A DNA stretch of 64,000 nt, from contig NC_134026.1 in the NCBI RefSeq assembly GCF_964204645.1, positions 13,948,050 through 14,012,049 on the forward strand, written 5' to 3'. The notes beneath the pieces are model-generated. The model was not told where the DNA came from. It did not search any database and saw nothing but the letters and a program-made list of their open reading frames with translations. How positions within the stretch are numbered: the stretch's first letter is position 1; the number at the start of each line of letters is the position of its first letter. Source of the stretch: Tubulanus polymorphus. Lineage: Eukaryota; Animalia; Nemertea. This document shows positions 1 through 14,019 of the stretch, piece by piece. Made by a program: the position numbers and the translations under genes.

Positions 1-808
1 ATGTAAATGATCGGGTTCAATGCGTAGAGAATTATATAAAATTAAAAAGGATCGAACCTGCAACACTCAACGGGATCCAATTAGCTAAGAACAGAAAAAA
101 AAAGGAGCAACAACAGCATGTCAAGAAGAAGAGTGGAACCCAACTACAGCATGGATGTGTACCGGAACAGAACAATATATCAAAAACGACACTATTTATA
201 ATATTCATGCTATATCTAAATATTGATATCACATTTTTTATCAATGTGGAAATAACTGAGAAAAACTTATTTAGATAACTTGAGTATTGATAACTATCTC
301 AAAAGTCTTTCTCTAAAAAACTATTAGAACTTATTAACTATATATAGATAACTTTATTATTCTTTAAAATCTAAACTCGAAATGATACCGATAGATTATT
401 GATATCAATATTTTTAACTAGTCATGTAATGTTACAATAATTCTAACCATTCTAACTGATCTAAAGAACATTTAACACGCATCTTTAAGATGGGCTAGGT
501 GCAGATCAAACTATGAGCATCGAGAAATATCTTAAATATCACCTAAATTTATGTAAATTACCAAACGAGCCGGACATCAAAAGGCCTCAACATGATGATG
601 ATGATGATGATGATGATGAAGTTATTGTATTATTCAACGCCCCCTGGTGGCCATATACAAAAACCAATTGACCTTGAAACACACCAAAATCATAGAACAC
701 ATTATGAGCTGCAACTTTCCCATTGATTGTGGCTACGAGCAATTATCTAACATGAGGAAGCTCGCCCTATATCTCTGTACACAAGATCAGTAACGCTGTC
801 AATCAAAC

Positions 809-3800
809 TGTCTACGACCATACAAACTACACACGCTGGGGTATATCTGGCTCAGATGAAAGACGTGGAAGAAACAGCACCAACTGTTTATCGGTAGGTA
901 ATACAGAAATATTGCAGCCATTATGTCCAACAAAATATTTCTTTAAAGTGGCTAGATGTGGCCGCATACACATCTACTATTGAGAATTCCTCTGTAATAA
1001 TACGTAGAGATATTAATACAGGATCTATACTCCTACTTTTTGTAAAATGCACTTCAATTTTTCATCTTTTCTTCAGAGAATTTGTCATGGGAAATTTTGT
1101 TGCAAAGAGGAGTGCCACCAGCTTCAATCAAGTCTCGTTTGATCCAGCGACGGAATGGATGAACAGGATCTGTAAATTGGCGAATGGAATTATCGGGGTT
1201 TCTACAGGTTGGTTGAAAACTAGGAATTTTTGCACACTCAGTTGCAATGGGGGTCACATTCTTCTAAATGTTTGTTTACATTTTTAGTAAGATACTTTTC
1301 AGATCCCGTTAAGTCTGGGGAAAGTGGTTTAATAAACTAATTTCAGTGACAGGCTCTCAACCACCATACATTATCATTCTAGATGAAAAAGCAAGAAATC
1401 GATTCTGCATCACGTGGGCGACTAAATCACAAATAATGCAAGAGACAAAGATGTTGTTAGGTTTGGCAGATGCAGATTCAGACAGTAATATTACTACACG
1501 AAAGGAGGCATTGCCTCGTAGAGTATCCAGCGACAAAGCAGCAATCGAAAAACTCAGTCTCCTTAATAGTTTTAGAGTAAGTATACTACCGATTTCAATG
1601 TGAGATTTCTAATTCGATACGCTCGTACATGATGTGCTCAATTATGATCACATTTTATTTTTTTTGAAGGTCTTTGAAAGTGCTCCATCGGGACTTCCTA
1701 GATCTATCGTAACCAACGAAGTTGCCACAGTTAAGATAACGAAGGATCTTCTTTCCGCATCACAGTTGGGTAGAAAACATGTCGAGGCAGTGATAACTAA
1801 TCGACTTATGGACAAATCAACTGATTTCTTTCATCCAATCCCACAACAGAAGGCACAGACATTCAAAAATCTATACGATGCTCCTGTAGAAAAGCCAAAG
1901 ACTACCAAAAAGTACAAATTAGATTCTGATTCTGCTAAGTTCTTGCGGAAACTATTTATCGCTTCACAGAATGGTCGTGACGTAGACATGGCATATATTC
2001 TCAAGCATGAATTGGCAGAATTTCCACCTGCACTAACCACCCACTGTGGGGATATAAGACAGACGTCAAAAAGTATGATTGTTAATATCCTGGCGAAGGA
2101 AGGCTCTGTTGATGTGTATGATAGATCATGACTAAATGAAAGCTGACTGGAAAATCAGTAGTGATAATTGATGGATGTGCAATGATTCAAAAAATTGGCA
2201 GTCCATCGAAACTGTGTACCACATTTGGAGATTATGCAGAATTATTCCGTCAAAAGGTAACACCGATGGATAGTCAGTTTTCATTTTATGAAATGAGATA
2301 TCGTGGGGTCACCTCACTTAGAGACCAGACGAGAGTGTCTATTCACCTATTGCCCTAACCACAAAGCTCCCTTTCTAAATGCGTACTTCTTATCATATTC
2401 AGGTTTACCGTCAGAAGCTTGATGATACATTCCAGATCGATGTTGTTTGATAGATATTATGGAGAAACATCAATGAAGAGAGTTACTAGAGAGAAGAGGT
2501 CTAAAAAGATAAACACACCTGGAGTACGACAATTAATAACAGAGAAAACACCTTTTACAAAAGTAGAATATCATTAATAAATTTCATTTTCGAAATTTCA
2601 ATTTTGATTAATTGCATTTCTATCAAGATAGTACTGGTAATCTTCAATGTAAATTTTTAGGTCTGGAAAGCTTTCATCAAATGCGAGGAAAACAAGGCAG
2701 ACTTGGTAGATTTCCTTCGTCAGCATATGATTAAATCGGAACACGAAGTAAATATAATTACCAGTGGAGGAAGAAGGAACCCCACCTCGTCATTCGCCGG
2801 GGAAATGGCTGCGTTGGAATGCTTACATGAGGAAGCTGACACCAGGATCATATTTCACATGTTTCATGCAGTGAAAAATGGCAAGTAAAATATCATTGCT
2901 TTTTTCGATAATCAACAACCTATCCCAACTTCCTGGCTTGAAATTGCATATACCTCAGCATCAATATTTTGATTTTTCACATTTGTAAAGCTGCTTACAT
3001 GTATCATGTTATGTCGATATTTATCTGTCTATTTTTATTTATAGATGCAACTAGAGTGGTGGTATTGGCTGATGATATGGATGTTCTGCTTCTCTTGCTA
3101 CATTTTGCTAAAGACATCGATGCGGTAATGATCAGTCGAAACAAAGTTTATGTGATTGAGAAACTAAGAGCATCAATCAATGATAACATCCTGACCAATA
3201 TCCTCGGATGGCATGCCCTTACCAGTACCGACACAACAAGTTCGCTGACAGGAATAGGCAAGAAAACTGCTTGGGATATCTTCAAGGCCTCATCGCAGCT
3301 TCTTGAAGGCGTTGGTAGGGACGGTAATTTACCGTAAAAACCGGTGTATACGTCGAGTTTTTAACCCCTGATTTTACCACTAAATTATTGACCTCGACTT
3401 ATACGCCGAGTACAGTTTTCTACGAAGTATTTTCAGGTCACAAGAAATATTGATTCTACCAGACAAAAAAGACAGTGTTCATCTTCTTACTGCTATAACA
3501 GTTTGAATAATTATTCATGATAAATAAAGTTATTTAATGAAAAAAACTTCTTTCATTTTGACACAGCTTCATTTAAAACCATGTATTCATATATGCGCGC
3601 TCATAGCAGCGCTTAATACATTAGGCTATATATAGCGTGTGACTCACACTACTGTATCACTGTATGGTAGTGTATTATACCTGAGTGTGTGTAACAGTCT
3701 ATTGATTAACACACAGCAGCAATCAGGCTGACGCGTGGCGGCGTGCGTGAAGGCACACATCCTTATCAAAACAAACTATTCAATACAATGATACTAGTAA

Positions 3801-4304
3801 TTATTCTTCTAAGAGAAGGGACTCGACTTATAAGCCGGATATATGTTAAAATCATGAAATGTAGGTCTAAAAATCGACCTCGACTTATACGCCGTGTAGA
3901 CTTATACGCCGGTTTTTACGGTAGATGAAATTGAGAGATTTATCTGTAGATTGTACGGAAGTGAATGCAGCATGTGTTGAACTGTACAGAGAAAATCGAA
4001 GGAACTAACGGCACTATCACCTACAAGAGATGCACTGAACCTTCACTACTTGAGAGCAAATTATCAATGTAAAGTTTGGTTATCAGCTGATAGAGTAAAT
4101 CCTATTGGAGAGCCTAAAGATTCAGGTGGTTGGGCGCTTGATAATGGGCGACTGACTATTGTTCACAGATTCATCGAGGCTATACCAACAAATTATGATG
4201 AGATAGTCACTTGTAAATGCACAAAGGGTTGTAAAAAATTGTGTAAATGTAAGAAATTGGGAAAAAGGTGCATCAAATTATGTCTTTGTCACGGTTTGTG
4301 CTAA
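809..4304 (+). pseudogene. Academ-type (AcademX) transposase, 3' half: transposase C-terminus, XPG/FEN-like nuclease and Cys-rich zinc finger; intron-containing, degenerate
   Basis: Successive exon fragments DHTNYTRWG/VYLAQM, GNFVAKRSATSFNQV, HELAEFPPAL, IIDGCAMIQ, HEEADTRIIFH, DDMDVLLLLLHF, HALTSTDTTS..GIGKKTAW, IERFICRLY, RANYQCKVW and CKCTKGCKKLCKCKK..CIKLCLC, separated by GT-AG introns, stops and frameshifts. Confidence 0.8.
3332..3921. mobile_element. Tc1/pogo-type MITE inserted in the Academ coding sequence
   Basis: TIRs CCGTAAAAACCGG(T/C)GTATA, with TA at 3330-3331 and 3922-3923. Removing it restores the frame GRDGNL-DEIERFICRLY. Confidence 0.9.
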
Positions 4305-5179
4305 ACGATTTAGATATTATGCAATATAAAAACATGAATTTATTCTGACCGACTTAAGATATTTTATCCTTTTTTTCCCATGCAGAAATGAATATTTTAG
4401 ATTACTTGATTATCTAGATTTAAAAACCTGGTGATAAGTTGATTGTAGCTTTTTTCTCTACCCAAAAACGGGTAGAGCGACCCCAAAAACATAGGAATCG
4501 ATACCAGTATCACTTTTCTGTGACAACTCAAGATCGGACCGTAACCAAAATCATTTCATAGGCATTTTCATGCATTTGCCGCCTTGGTTACCATGGAGAC
4601 AGTCAACAATGTTGGAGTACAACCTTTAACAGTATGTGCTTCCATGGTAACGGAGTTTGTTTGATGTTGATGTCTCACAGCAACAGGAGTGTCGGTTATC
4701 CATTTATCCATTAATTGAAAGGATGGAGACATCCAAATCTATGGTGTCATAGCAACGGCGTTTCAACAATGATGGTCATTATGATTCGTCATATGGAACA
4801 CGGGCAGTCTCTATAAATGAATTATGGTATTATTTGGTTAACTAAAACTGATAAATATAATTCCCGTGTCTTTGCATTAACAGAAACTTAACTTTCAGCC
4901 CTGTGAACAGCGCAAAAATTAGGTCGCTAGGCAACAGCCAACAATATATGATTTTAAACGTTGGATTCCTGGGTTTGACAAAACATATCGTGAACGATTC
5001 ATGCGTATATATATGAAACCATACTCTGCTGACGTGTAAAAGGTCAACAACTTTTTAACTCTTCAGTTGGCGTCGTCACGCCTCACGTAAATTTGCAATA
5101 TATTTGACGATTTTCCTTCTTAACGAATACCCCGTATTTAGCGCCCCCTATAGGCCGAAAGTGAAAAATCACAGAGCGG

Positions 5180-5281
5180 CAGACAGCTGTTTCAGGGTGA
5201 GGGGAGTCTCACCTTTCATTTAAGCCTGGGTGCCAAGCTCTACCCAAAAATGCCGAAAGATTGGTCTTGGATGGCTGACTA
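5180..5281 (+). mobile_element. Probable 3' terminus of the Academ element (...TTGGTCTTGGATGGCTGACTA)
   Basis: Lies about 1 kb downstream of the transposase and ends in CTA, consistent with TAG...CTA Academ termini. The matching 5' end is absent. Confidence 0.5.
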
Positions 5282-6399
5282 GTCGGGGCAGGGCTAATTG
5301 ATGAGCCTATTGTTCGGATTTTTGGGTGTGATGTATTCACCTCAACAGACATGGATAAAATGAGCCAGACTATAGAATATCAAAACTCAGTATATGTACA
5401 AATTACAAAATAAAGTATTTCATGGTCCAAGAAGTAATTTTCATCTTTTATAAAGGTATAATAGAGGTAACTACTCTTTCATATTTTTAATCTAATATTT
5501 CCATGTTGTGTACATGTATTGCATCAAGACAATTTTCAGTATATTTCTGTTTTAATTTTCGAGATAACTTATATTTGTTTAGTACACCAACAAAACATTC
5601 AATGACATCATGTGAAATTGGAAAGAACGACAATGTTTCATACAACTTTGTCGATGAAAAACTGTGGAGTTGGTTGTCCGTGATTGATGTATTCTAAGGA
5701 TATATTTTTCTGAATTTCTGTAGTAAATAAACAGTGTCCATGCAGTTTCTAATCAATTTCTGTTAAGAAGATACACCAACTATTTACCTATGTGATCACC
5801 ATTTCTAGAAAAAAATCAGTCGAAATGATGATCGGCCATATTTGAGGTGAATGTATTGTATTTTTGTAAGATTTTGCAGCATTTTACCCTAATTCCGCAT
5901 TCATCGGAATGTCATCCCAGCATTCATCAACACTTCATACTTAAAACTGCATACTTCATTCACAGGAACTGTCAGGAACATATAAAATATGTGATTTATA
6001 AAATATATTTATTGCAGAACTTACTAAAAATCTCTGGAGATCCAATAATATCGTAAAAATCTTAATTATCAACCGATTTTCAAAATGTTTTCACTGAGCT
6101 GTGGATTTCGTAAGCGCGGTCATTCTGGTGCAAAATACGCATGCGTCAGTTGGCTACGTCATCTTAAAACTACCTCAATGGATTGCTTTTAGAATCAACG
6201 CGCAGCACTGCTGTCCAGCGATGTCGAATCCCAAACACCCCTGACTGTATGATTGACAGCGTTACTGATCGTACCAGTGTGTAGTACACTGATATAGGGC
6301 GAGCTTCCTCCAGTGAGATAATTGCTCGTAGATTGTGGTAACACAATATGCTTAGGTATCAATATAATGTGGAAAAACTTTTTCCCACCTACGAATCAG

Positions 6400-7560
6400 T
6401 ACTGATGACACCAAAATGGCCGCAAATTGTGTCATAATTGGCTGATCAAAAAAACCTGTCTCATGTATAAAATTTCCATTTCCAAAGAATACCCATCACA
6501 AATTGCAATGAGAAATGGCAAACCAGTAGGAAGCTACAGAACTCAGAATTCGACCAAAATTGAGATTTTGGGCACGAAAAAGGTCATAGGACGGCCATCT
6601 TGATCTTGATCTTGATCCGATCGACCCAATTTTTCTTAAGCTGATGGACCCTTGGGGGAATCAAATACATACGACACATCAAGGTAATTGATCAAAGCGT
6701 CTTCAAAATTTTCCTCAAAAAGTTCAAAAATGTGTAAAAAGTGATTTTGGCAAACAACAATGGCTGCCAGTTGGCCATCTTGAATCTGACAGGGCCAGTT
6801 CTTGGGCTGAAGATGCGTCTTGGGTAGATGCATTTGTAACCCAAATACCAAGACATTACATTGAGGCGTCTTCAAAACTTCCCAAAAGTAACTGGATTCC
6901 GTCCACTAGACGTACGAACGAACGAATGGACGGACGAAAAGTCAACGGACGAAAAGTGAACGCAAGTGAGTCCCAAGTGGGCTAAAAAATCAGTCAACAA
7001 TTGCGGCCTCTATGCTGTTAATGTCATTTTTCATGTCGGCCCCCTGGTGGCAATAATTTGAGTTGAATCAACCCTATCTTAAATAGGCTTTTGTCCCAAG
7101 TGATATCCGACTTGTGTACCTAGTTTGAAATGATTCAGTCATTAATTGCAGCCTCTAGGCCGTTAACGTCATTGTTCATGTTGGCCACCTGGTGGCCATA
7201 ATTTGAATCGAATCATAATTTGAATCGAATCAACCGAATTTTAAATAAGGTTCTGGCCCAAGTGATATCCTACTTGTGTACCAAGTTTGAAATTATTCGG
7301 TCAATAATTGCGGCCTTTAGGCTGTTAACGTCGTTTTTCATGTTGGCCCCTGGTGGCCATTATTTGAATCGAATCAACCTAATTTTAAATGGGGTTCTGG
7401 CCGAAATGATAGCCTACTTGTGAACTAAGTTTGAAAACAATCGGTCAACAATTGCGGCCTCTAGGCTGTTTACGTCAATTGCGGCGGCGGCAGCGGTGTA
7501 TTCAGACAGGGGTAAATCTATATGCCCCCTCTCAACTAGAGTTGAGCTGGGGGCATAAAA
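6400..7560 (+). repeat. Two adjacent Helentron/HINE-like non-autonomous elements; the second contains ~145-bp tandem repeats
   Basis: (ACGA/ACGG)n microsatellite near 6910, then GTCCCAAGTGGGCT plus an A-run. About 3.3 units sharing ATTGCGGCCTCTAGGC and CCCTGGTGGCCAT at 6990-7480. Terminal hairpin TATGCCCCC..CTCAACTAGAGTTGAG..GGGGGCATA at 7521-7557. Confidence 0.6.
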
Positions 7561-8063
7561 ATCAAGCAAACTGCCGTTTGCTATTAGGATTTAAAGGTTA
7601 CTTGTTATCACAAGCAAAGTATAAGATTTGGAATTTTAACTTGTACAACTTACTTATTGTCACAAAAAGAATTGAACCATCACTTTTTTCGAGATTTGAA
7701 ATGAATATAATTGCAATGGCCATATTGAATACGTGATTAAATCAAGATTGATGTGTGTTAAATTCGAAAAGGTATGCTATAATAAATAAATATTACTCAT
7801 TAGAAAATGAGATTTGTACTGTTTTTGCTTCTATGGATTTCCATGATGGGTTTTGGCCTATTAAATTTTTTAATAGGCCAAAACAGCAGAAGTATGAAAG
7901 TAACTTTGGTTTTTATTTACTATATAATATAAAATATTCATTCTTTCCTGTAATTAAATTGTAGGTATCATAACAATTTTTCTTTTTAGGCAAAGCAAAC
8001 TACACATACGAGGAACTTCAACTTGAGGCTAAAGATTTATTATTATATTTAGTAGAGATTTAG

Positions 8064-8384
8064 TGGAACGGTGTGGCCGAGTGGTTAGAGCGTTCGACTC
8101 TGGGAAGCCAGGTCGTGGGTTCGAACCCCGTACATTGCCGTAGTGGCCTCGGGCAAGACGCTTATCCTCATTGCCTCTCTCCACCCAGGAGTAAATGGGT
8201 ACCTGACCTGATAGATGACTCCTGAGCATTTGTTAGCAGCTCGGTGTTACTTCTCCCCAGGGAGAGATGACTGATACATGTTAGAGTATAAAATTGGCCG
8301 GGGTAATAATATCGAAAAATGTAAAGCGCTCTGAGCAGCCTGGCTGGATTTAGCACTATATAAGACACATATTATTATTATTAT
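8064..8384 (+). mobile_element. tRNA-derived SINE with conserved central domain (Deu/Nin-like) and L2-like tail
   Basis: A box TGGCCGAGTGG; B box GGTTCGAACCC; central CTCTCCACCCAGGAGTAAATGGGTACC; tail TGTAAAGCGCTCTGAG..AGCACTATATAAG followed by (TTA)n. Confidence 0.85.
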
Positions 8385-8436
8385 AGTAGCAGAATATATA
8401 TGGCGATTATATCTCCTTGATGTGTCCCTTTTGTGA

Positions 8437-8520
8437 TTATCTGGTTCTTTCTCTCTCTGCGATAAAATGCGCAATCCACCCCACATATCCAGCAAAGCCT
8501 GATCCTACAAGAGTGTTCAC
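8437..8520 (-). CDS. Putative terminal coding exon of an unidentified membrane protein (VNTLVGSGFAGYVGWIAHFIAERERTR*)
   Basis: TTTTAG acceptor (AG at 8522-8521). Open 27-codon frame with a hydrophobic Gly-rich segment, ending in TAA. Joins in phase 0 with the exon at 11873-11938. Confidence 0.5.
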   Translation of the reverse strand: MNTLVGSGFAGYVGWIAHFIAERERTR

Positions 8521-10019
8521 CTAAAAGCCAAAATAAAAAATATTCATTAGCAAAACATTTTTGAAATATTGTATTTCCAGTATGAAAGATAATTTTGTTT
8601 AAAGTGTACTAACCATCCATAATATTCACTTCCAGGCTGTTAATATTTGCGTCGCTTCTACGTTTTTCAAAAAAATCAATAGATTCTGATTAAACGAAAA
8701 AAAAAATACACAATATATCTTTTGAAAAAGAAAACAAGTCAGTCCAATACTACTACTTACAGGCTAAGATACATATTGCTTAAAAATTAACAATAGCATG
8801 ATAGTTCTTCAATAAAGTAAAGACACTCTGCACTTATGCATTATCTAGGTGGTATATAAGCATTTTTAAGTGCTCGAAATTTTTTTGCGACGCAATGCAA
8901 CACGTAACAAATCGTAGGTTTGAATAGCACAAATGAACGACTTTAAGATGGTATATTCGTCATTGACCGCAACGTCCGGCTTTTTCACTTATGCTTATTT
9001 AAATGAACTTACCAATTAACAGCACTGATATGAGTGATAATTTAATCAATCGTCGATAAATCTGGTAATTTTCGGTCGATTTTCACAAAATTTGTACCAA
9101 ATTGCGAAGAAATTTGACGAAAAATTAGCTCACTGCGTATGTCTAAACTAGGGCATATTCAATGGGACCACGCATATCGGATCGCTCCAAAAAGGCACTT
9201 CCACTAAAAAGGCGCTATCTATGAAGCGAAGGCGTTGCTTACCAAATCGCACTCGATGATTGATACAGCGCATTCCATGCATTTGAATAGCGCGAGCGAC
9301 CTCCATTCAAATGATTACTCCCAGGTTTCATTTCCCTCATATCATTTTTAATACATCAAATTCATTATTTCACAAAATCTGTTACTTTCCGGACACTAAA
9401 GTCCTTGGTTCGTACTGGTTGGCCGGTGTTTTGATAACCATGGGTTTTACAATTCTCCACAGAAAAATAAAACAAGAAATGTCTTAAATCAATGTCTTAA
9501 ATGGGAGCTGGTCATTAAACATTAAATGTACCCAAAGGAACAATCATTCTATATTTCTTTTTTGGTGCAAGTCCACTATCAGAGCCATTCAAAATCACGG
9601 CAGTGCTCAGCCATGCATGGCGTGCGTATCAATGCATTCTGAAGGAAACAACCAGATCTACCAACCTTACACCCACAAAGATTAATTTCAAATATAGCTG
9701 CAAAGCAGCGATAACAGGTTTTCTGCACAACCATGTTTGTATTCTTGTTAGTGTCAGGACACCTTCGAACACGATTGCGTGTATCCTGACGCAAGCACAC
9801 CATCCTATTGAAAATGAAGGCAATATAGAATCTTGTTCAACAGTAAACACGGTTTTATAAAAGGAAGGTCTACAGTCAATAAGGCCTACTTAAAAGGGTA
9901 TGATATGGATGACTGTAGTGAACTGATATAAATCTCAGTGTAGAGTTAACTAATAATGAGGTTTAGTCTTAACTACAAAACTGATAGGAAATAAACTGTT
10001 TCTACAGAAATAATGTGTG

Positions 10020-10690
10020 TTTTTCGATTTTCGTTTGTAAATAAATATTTGATCAAATAAAACGTTATGTAATTGTTCGAAAGAAAAACTTTTTGTCCCC
10101 AACAAAAAATTTGATAGAAAACATTATTGTTCTAACAAATTTTTCGAATGAGAACAATTCTGTTTGATTTAACAACATACTTTTTGTTCGAACAAAAATC
10201 TTTTCGTTCTGACAAAAAAATAGTTTCGAAAAAAAGCTATGTTATAGTTCGCACAAAAAATGTACGTCACGACAAAATGGATTTGTTGAGCGAAAACAAT
10301 TTTTTATACTAATGTTAAAAAAAACAATTCTGTTTGATCGAACAATAATCTTTTTCTTCAGCGAAAAAATTGTTGAGCGAAAACAATTTTGTTCGAATGA
10401 AAACAATTCTGTTCATTCGTCAATATCTTTTTTGTTCATACGAAAAACCTTTCGCCCCAATTCTGAAAATAAAATTGGTTCGAATAAAAAGCTATGTAAT
10501 ATTTATACTGTGAGCGAAAACAATTTTTTTCAAATTTTTCAAAAAAAAGTTTTATTTGAACGAAATCAATTTTGTTTCGATCGAACAAAATATTTTTGGT
10601 TCGAACGAAAAACGTTTTGTTCTGACAAAAAATTTGTTCAAACAAAAAGAAATTCAAACGCAAAAAGATCTTTTTATCCGGGGCTCCGTA
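10020..10690. repeat. Degenerate AT-rich short-unit repeat tract (TTTTGTTCGAACGAAAA-like motifs), probably the interior of a non-autonomous DNA transposon
   Basis: Many imperfect copies of TTGTTCGAA/AAAACAATT; the tract ends at GGGCTCCGTA. Confidence 0.55.
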
Positions 10691-11872
10691 GTAACTTAAC
10701 TCATCAGGAATTAGTACAAGGGCAGTTCTATTAATGATGAAAAAACTCAAACTGAAATCTAGTTTATAAAGCTGCCTACTCAGATGAAATTTCCATGAAA
10801 TATTCATCTTTGCCAATCAAATATCGTTGATAATTGTGATTGATCATTGCAAGTCAGAACCAGTTAATCACTAATAGCCCAAATGTATTCTAATAAATCT
10901 GATTCCTCGTTTACAGGGAATATAGTTTAACCTAGTAGAGGCTACTAGTCTACCGGACAGAAGCTTAGGCCTATTGAACTTCAACCCTCCTAAACATTGT
11001 ATTCCTACACCTTATTTAACAGGGTAGGTCTCTGGGGTATTCAGTCAGTAAAATCAAGTTTATTTTCGGATTATGAAGAAACAAATTTTTTGTAGGCCTA
11101 CTTCGCGTCGCAGCAATGTCGCCAAATTTCTTATTGCAAATTCCGTAAATAATCACAACAATTATACTATGGTTGCTTGAAACAGTCAAGCTCAGTAGGC
11201 CTAAAGGTCGCGTACAACTCAATGAACACCTCAAGCGACCTAGAAACCATCTCCTATCCACCGCGGCATCCAAGACGCTCACTCCGAATATCAAGCTTGA
11301 GTCCAGCTTACGGATAAGAATGTGTAATATAGAGGTTTTTAGTAAATATCCCGTGGATTTGGTAAAGATCATTATGTACTGTAGGAAAAATACAATATTC
11401 ATAAATGGATGAAACCCGCTGTCGAATCACTGGTAGTGTAACAAATCCATTTATGATACCTCTTCACCACAACAGCTCTTCTCTGCTGCATCAGTGCGGC
11501 TCGTTTAGTTTAGGCCTATACCACTGGCCGGTACTCCAATGATTTATTGTAGTTAATATGCGATAAAGGAACTGACTGTTTGAAGCCCGCAGCTAAGAGT
11601 AATAAATTTATTAGTACTTGATTTGATTCTCATGGAGAGGAGAACAGTGGATCCGCCGAACGACGATGTTAAAACACACTTTGATTCATCGATCTTTACA
11701 GCATGACAGTGCTTATAATATTTAGAGTAGTAAATATCCTGTGGATCGTTAGAGTGTACTGATGAAGAAAATGGGTAATTGTTAAAAATTGTTACTTACA
11801 ACCCTAATTATGACTAATGAATAACTAATCTGAAAGCTTGGTAACAAACTTTATGAGAAACCCATACTATAC

Positions 11873-11938
11873 CCAGTTCCTGGTTAACCTTTGAGATACA
11901 AAATAGGTAAGACACCTAAAGCTGATATCCCTCCATAC
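11873..11938 (-). CDS. Putative penultimate coding exon of the same unidentified gene (VWRDISFRCLTYFVSQRLTRNW)
   Basis: TTTTTGCAG acceptor; 66-nt open phase 0-0 exon; GTATAG donor (weak). Confidence 0.45.
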
Positions 11939-14019
11939 CTGCAAAAATACATGAGGTAGTGTAATTTCCCCTGGCCATTTGATATGGGTGAGATCAACAA
12001 GACAGAAGAATGGATGTCCTTCACTTCAGACATCAGACCATGCCATGTCCCTCAACATCATCAGAGACGATGCGATGCAACACAGCGCGGATGTTACCGG
12101 AAAGTAAAAATTGGGATATTTTAGGAAAATTGGCAAAAAGGCTAAAATTTTAGGGAATTTTAGGGAGGCACTAAAAAAATTGGAGTTTTAGGGCTGTTTG
12201 CATGCGTGAGGTAAATCTGCCCCTCTCGACTTATTTTGAGCCGGGGGCATGAAAAAGCTTACGTGTCTGTGTAGTGTATGTATACACGGTTATTGTAAGT
12301 ACTTAGTACAACCGGAAGATATAGAGGAAATAAACCAGCGAGGTAATTATATGGGAACATAAGGCTTTGGTCCTGTACTTCGGTCACTACAGTCTCCAAT
12401 AAAACCTAACCAAACAATTTTCATCAAAATCCTACAATTGAGATAGATCTTAACCTCGTTATAATACCCCTCATATTACTGCCTTTCTCATCTACCGCCA
12501 TCATATCACTGTGGCACCGTTCAGCCTTATCTAATATAGTGTTAAATGCTGCCATCATAACACCCCCACGCTTTTTGCCCAGAGCCACACTATTTACACT
12601 ACACTCTTTGGGGGGGGTTTGGGGGCCCTCCCCCAAGAGAAATTTTAGAATTTAGAAGCGTTTTCCGTGCAATCTTGAACCCATGAACAACTATTATATT
12701 TTGGAAGGTAATGGCTCTTTCCAATGTTCCAATGTGGGTTCGGAACGCTTAGTTAGCAAGAAAATGTTTAAAAATAATTGCTACTGACACTGTCTGTCAC
12801 ACGACACTGCTCTCGCAGCGGGGTTTTGGTCCGAAATTTCGTAAATAATAAATTTATCTGTAAATATTAAGCATCAATTTGTTCAGTAAGGAATTTGCAT
12901 TCACAAATAACTCATGAATTGGCATAAAGTTGCGTTTTTCTTTATAACGCCATTCTCGTTATTACGCCAAAGTTAGCCAGGTCCCATTGGTGGCCTTATA
13001 ACGAAGTTTAACTGTGTCTCAGAATTGCATGTAATAATCACACAACTGCATGATTCTCTGGGATAAATGCGCAATTACGAACACGGTGTATGAAGTTTGA
13101 AGAAAATCTATCAATTAATAAATTGAACAATAATTCATTACACCCCTTCCCAATTTCACTGCTCTCCTATATAAAGGACCAATGATCCATGCATACGCTA
13201 CTTGTACGCACAAATTCATTTCATTGAAAATTAGAAAAGAGAAGATATACATGTATCAAAAAGGACTTAATTTTGGTCAGTGATAACTGACTTTTTACCG
13301 AGAATGAAATCTTTGAAAAATTGATTTCGGGAATTTTCGTCTCAACAAATTAATATTCATAATTTTTATACATTCATAGAATGACATATAAAACAACTAG
13401 GACTATGAGTGACCCGGCAAAGTGAAAACCTGGGTTTCATCAGCGGTTTATCATTATCATACGCCCAAATTAGGACAGAAGCTGCCAGGTATGCAAATTT
13501 GAGGCCAGTGCCGGTTAATGACACAATTAAGTTTATCCACTGACATGGTTTCACGATAGGATTTTAAGTAGGCGGGCAAGCTTACATCTTCACTCAAGAT
13601 CGTTGTTACGCACGACCTGCGCTGCACGTTATCTTTAACTGATACATACACGCAGTCAACACAAGAGTATGAGGCAATATTGCCTAGGCCACTGTGCACA
13701 ACTGTTTTCAACGCAAACGCTCATCACTATACCGCGATTAACAAACAAATACAAATAATCAGGCTCCAAAACGGATCATTAATGCGAACGTCAATAAAAT
13801 GACTTCAATTAATGATGATAAAACAATTATTCCAGTCATGTAAATATCTGACTCATCTTAAAAAATTCAATGCTATCAGCCGATCAGTATCATCAGTGAA
13901 TCAGCCGTGTGCCAAAAACAGAAGTAAATTTCCGCAATTTGAAACCAGAATTTCGTAAGATATCTTGATGCAATGATACCTTGTGCACAGGATTTCAAAA
14001 CTAGATGAATCATTGAACA

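Larger units (their letters stand above)
733..6331. mobile_element. Unclassified TIR DNA element (CTACGAG...CTCGTAG termini, ~80-90 bp imperfect TIRs, 7-bp TSD) enclosing an Academ fragment
   Basis: 733-811 (CTACGAGCAATTATCT..GAGGAAGCTCGCCCTATATC..GATCAGTAACGCTGTCAATCA) is the reverse complement of 6243-6331. ATTGTGG flanks both ends (726-732, 6332-6338). The insertion interrupts a ~145-bp satellite unit. Confidence 0.85.

Noticed and set aside
1-618. Host gene exon
   Set aside because: AT-rich sequence ending in an (ATG)n tract, more like a retroposon tail; no supportable protein similarity.
8064-8140. tRNA gene
   Set aside because: A and B boxes are present, but there is no proper acceptor stem and the sequence continues into a SINE core and tail.
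9579-9870. Next LAP3 exon (acceptor followed by R-P-S-F...)
   Set aside because: The phase fits, but the translation has no similarity to the expected SWIEEQ.MGSFLSVAKGS segment.
10312-10816. 140-aa and 126-aa ORFs
   Set aside because: Phe/Lys-rich artefacts of an AT-rich repeat tract.
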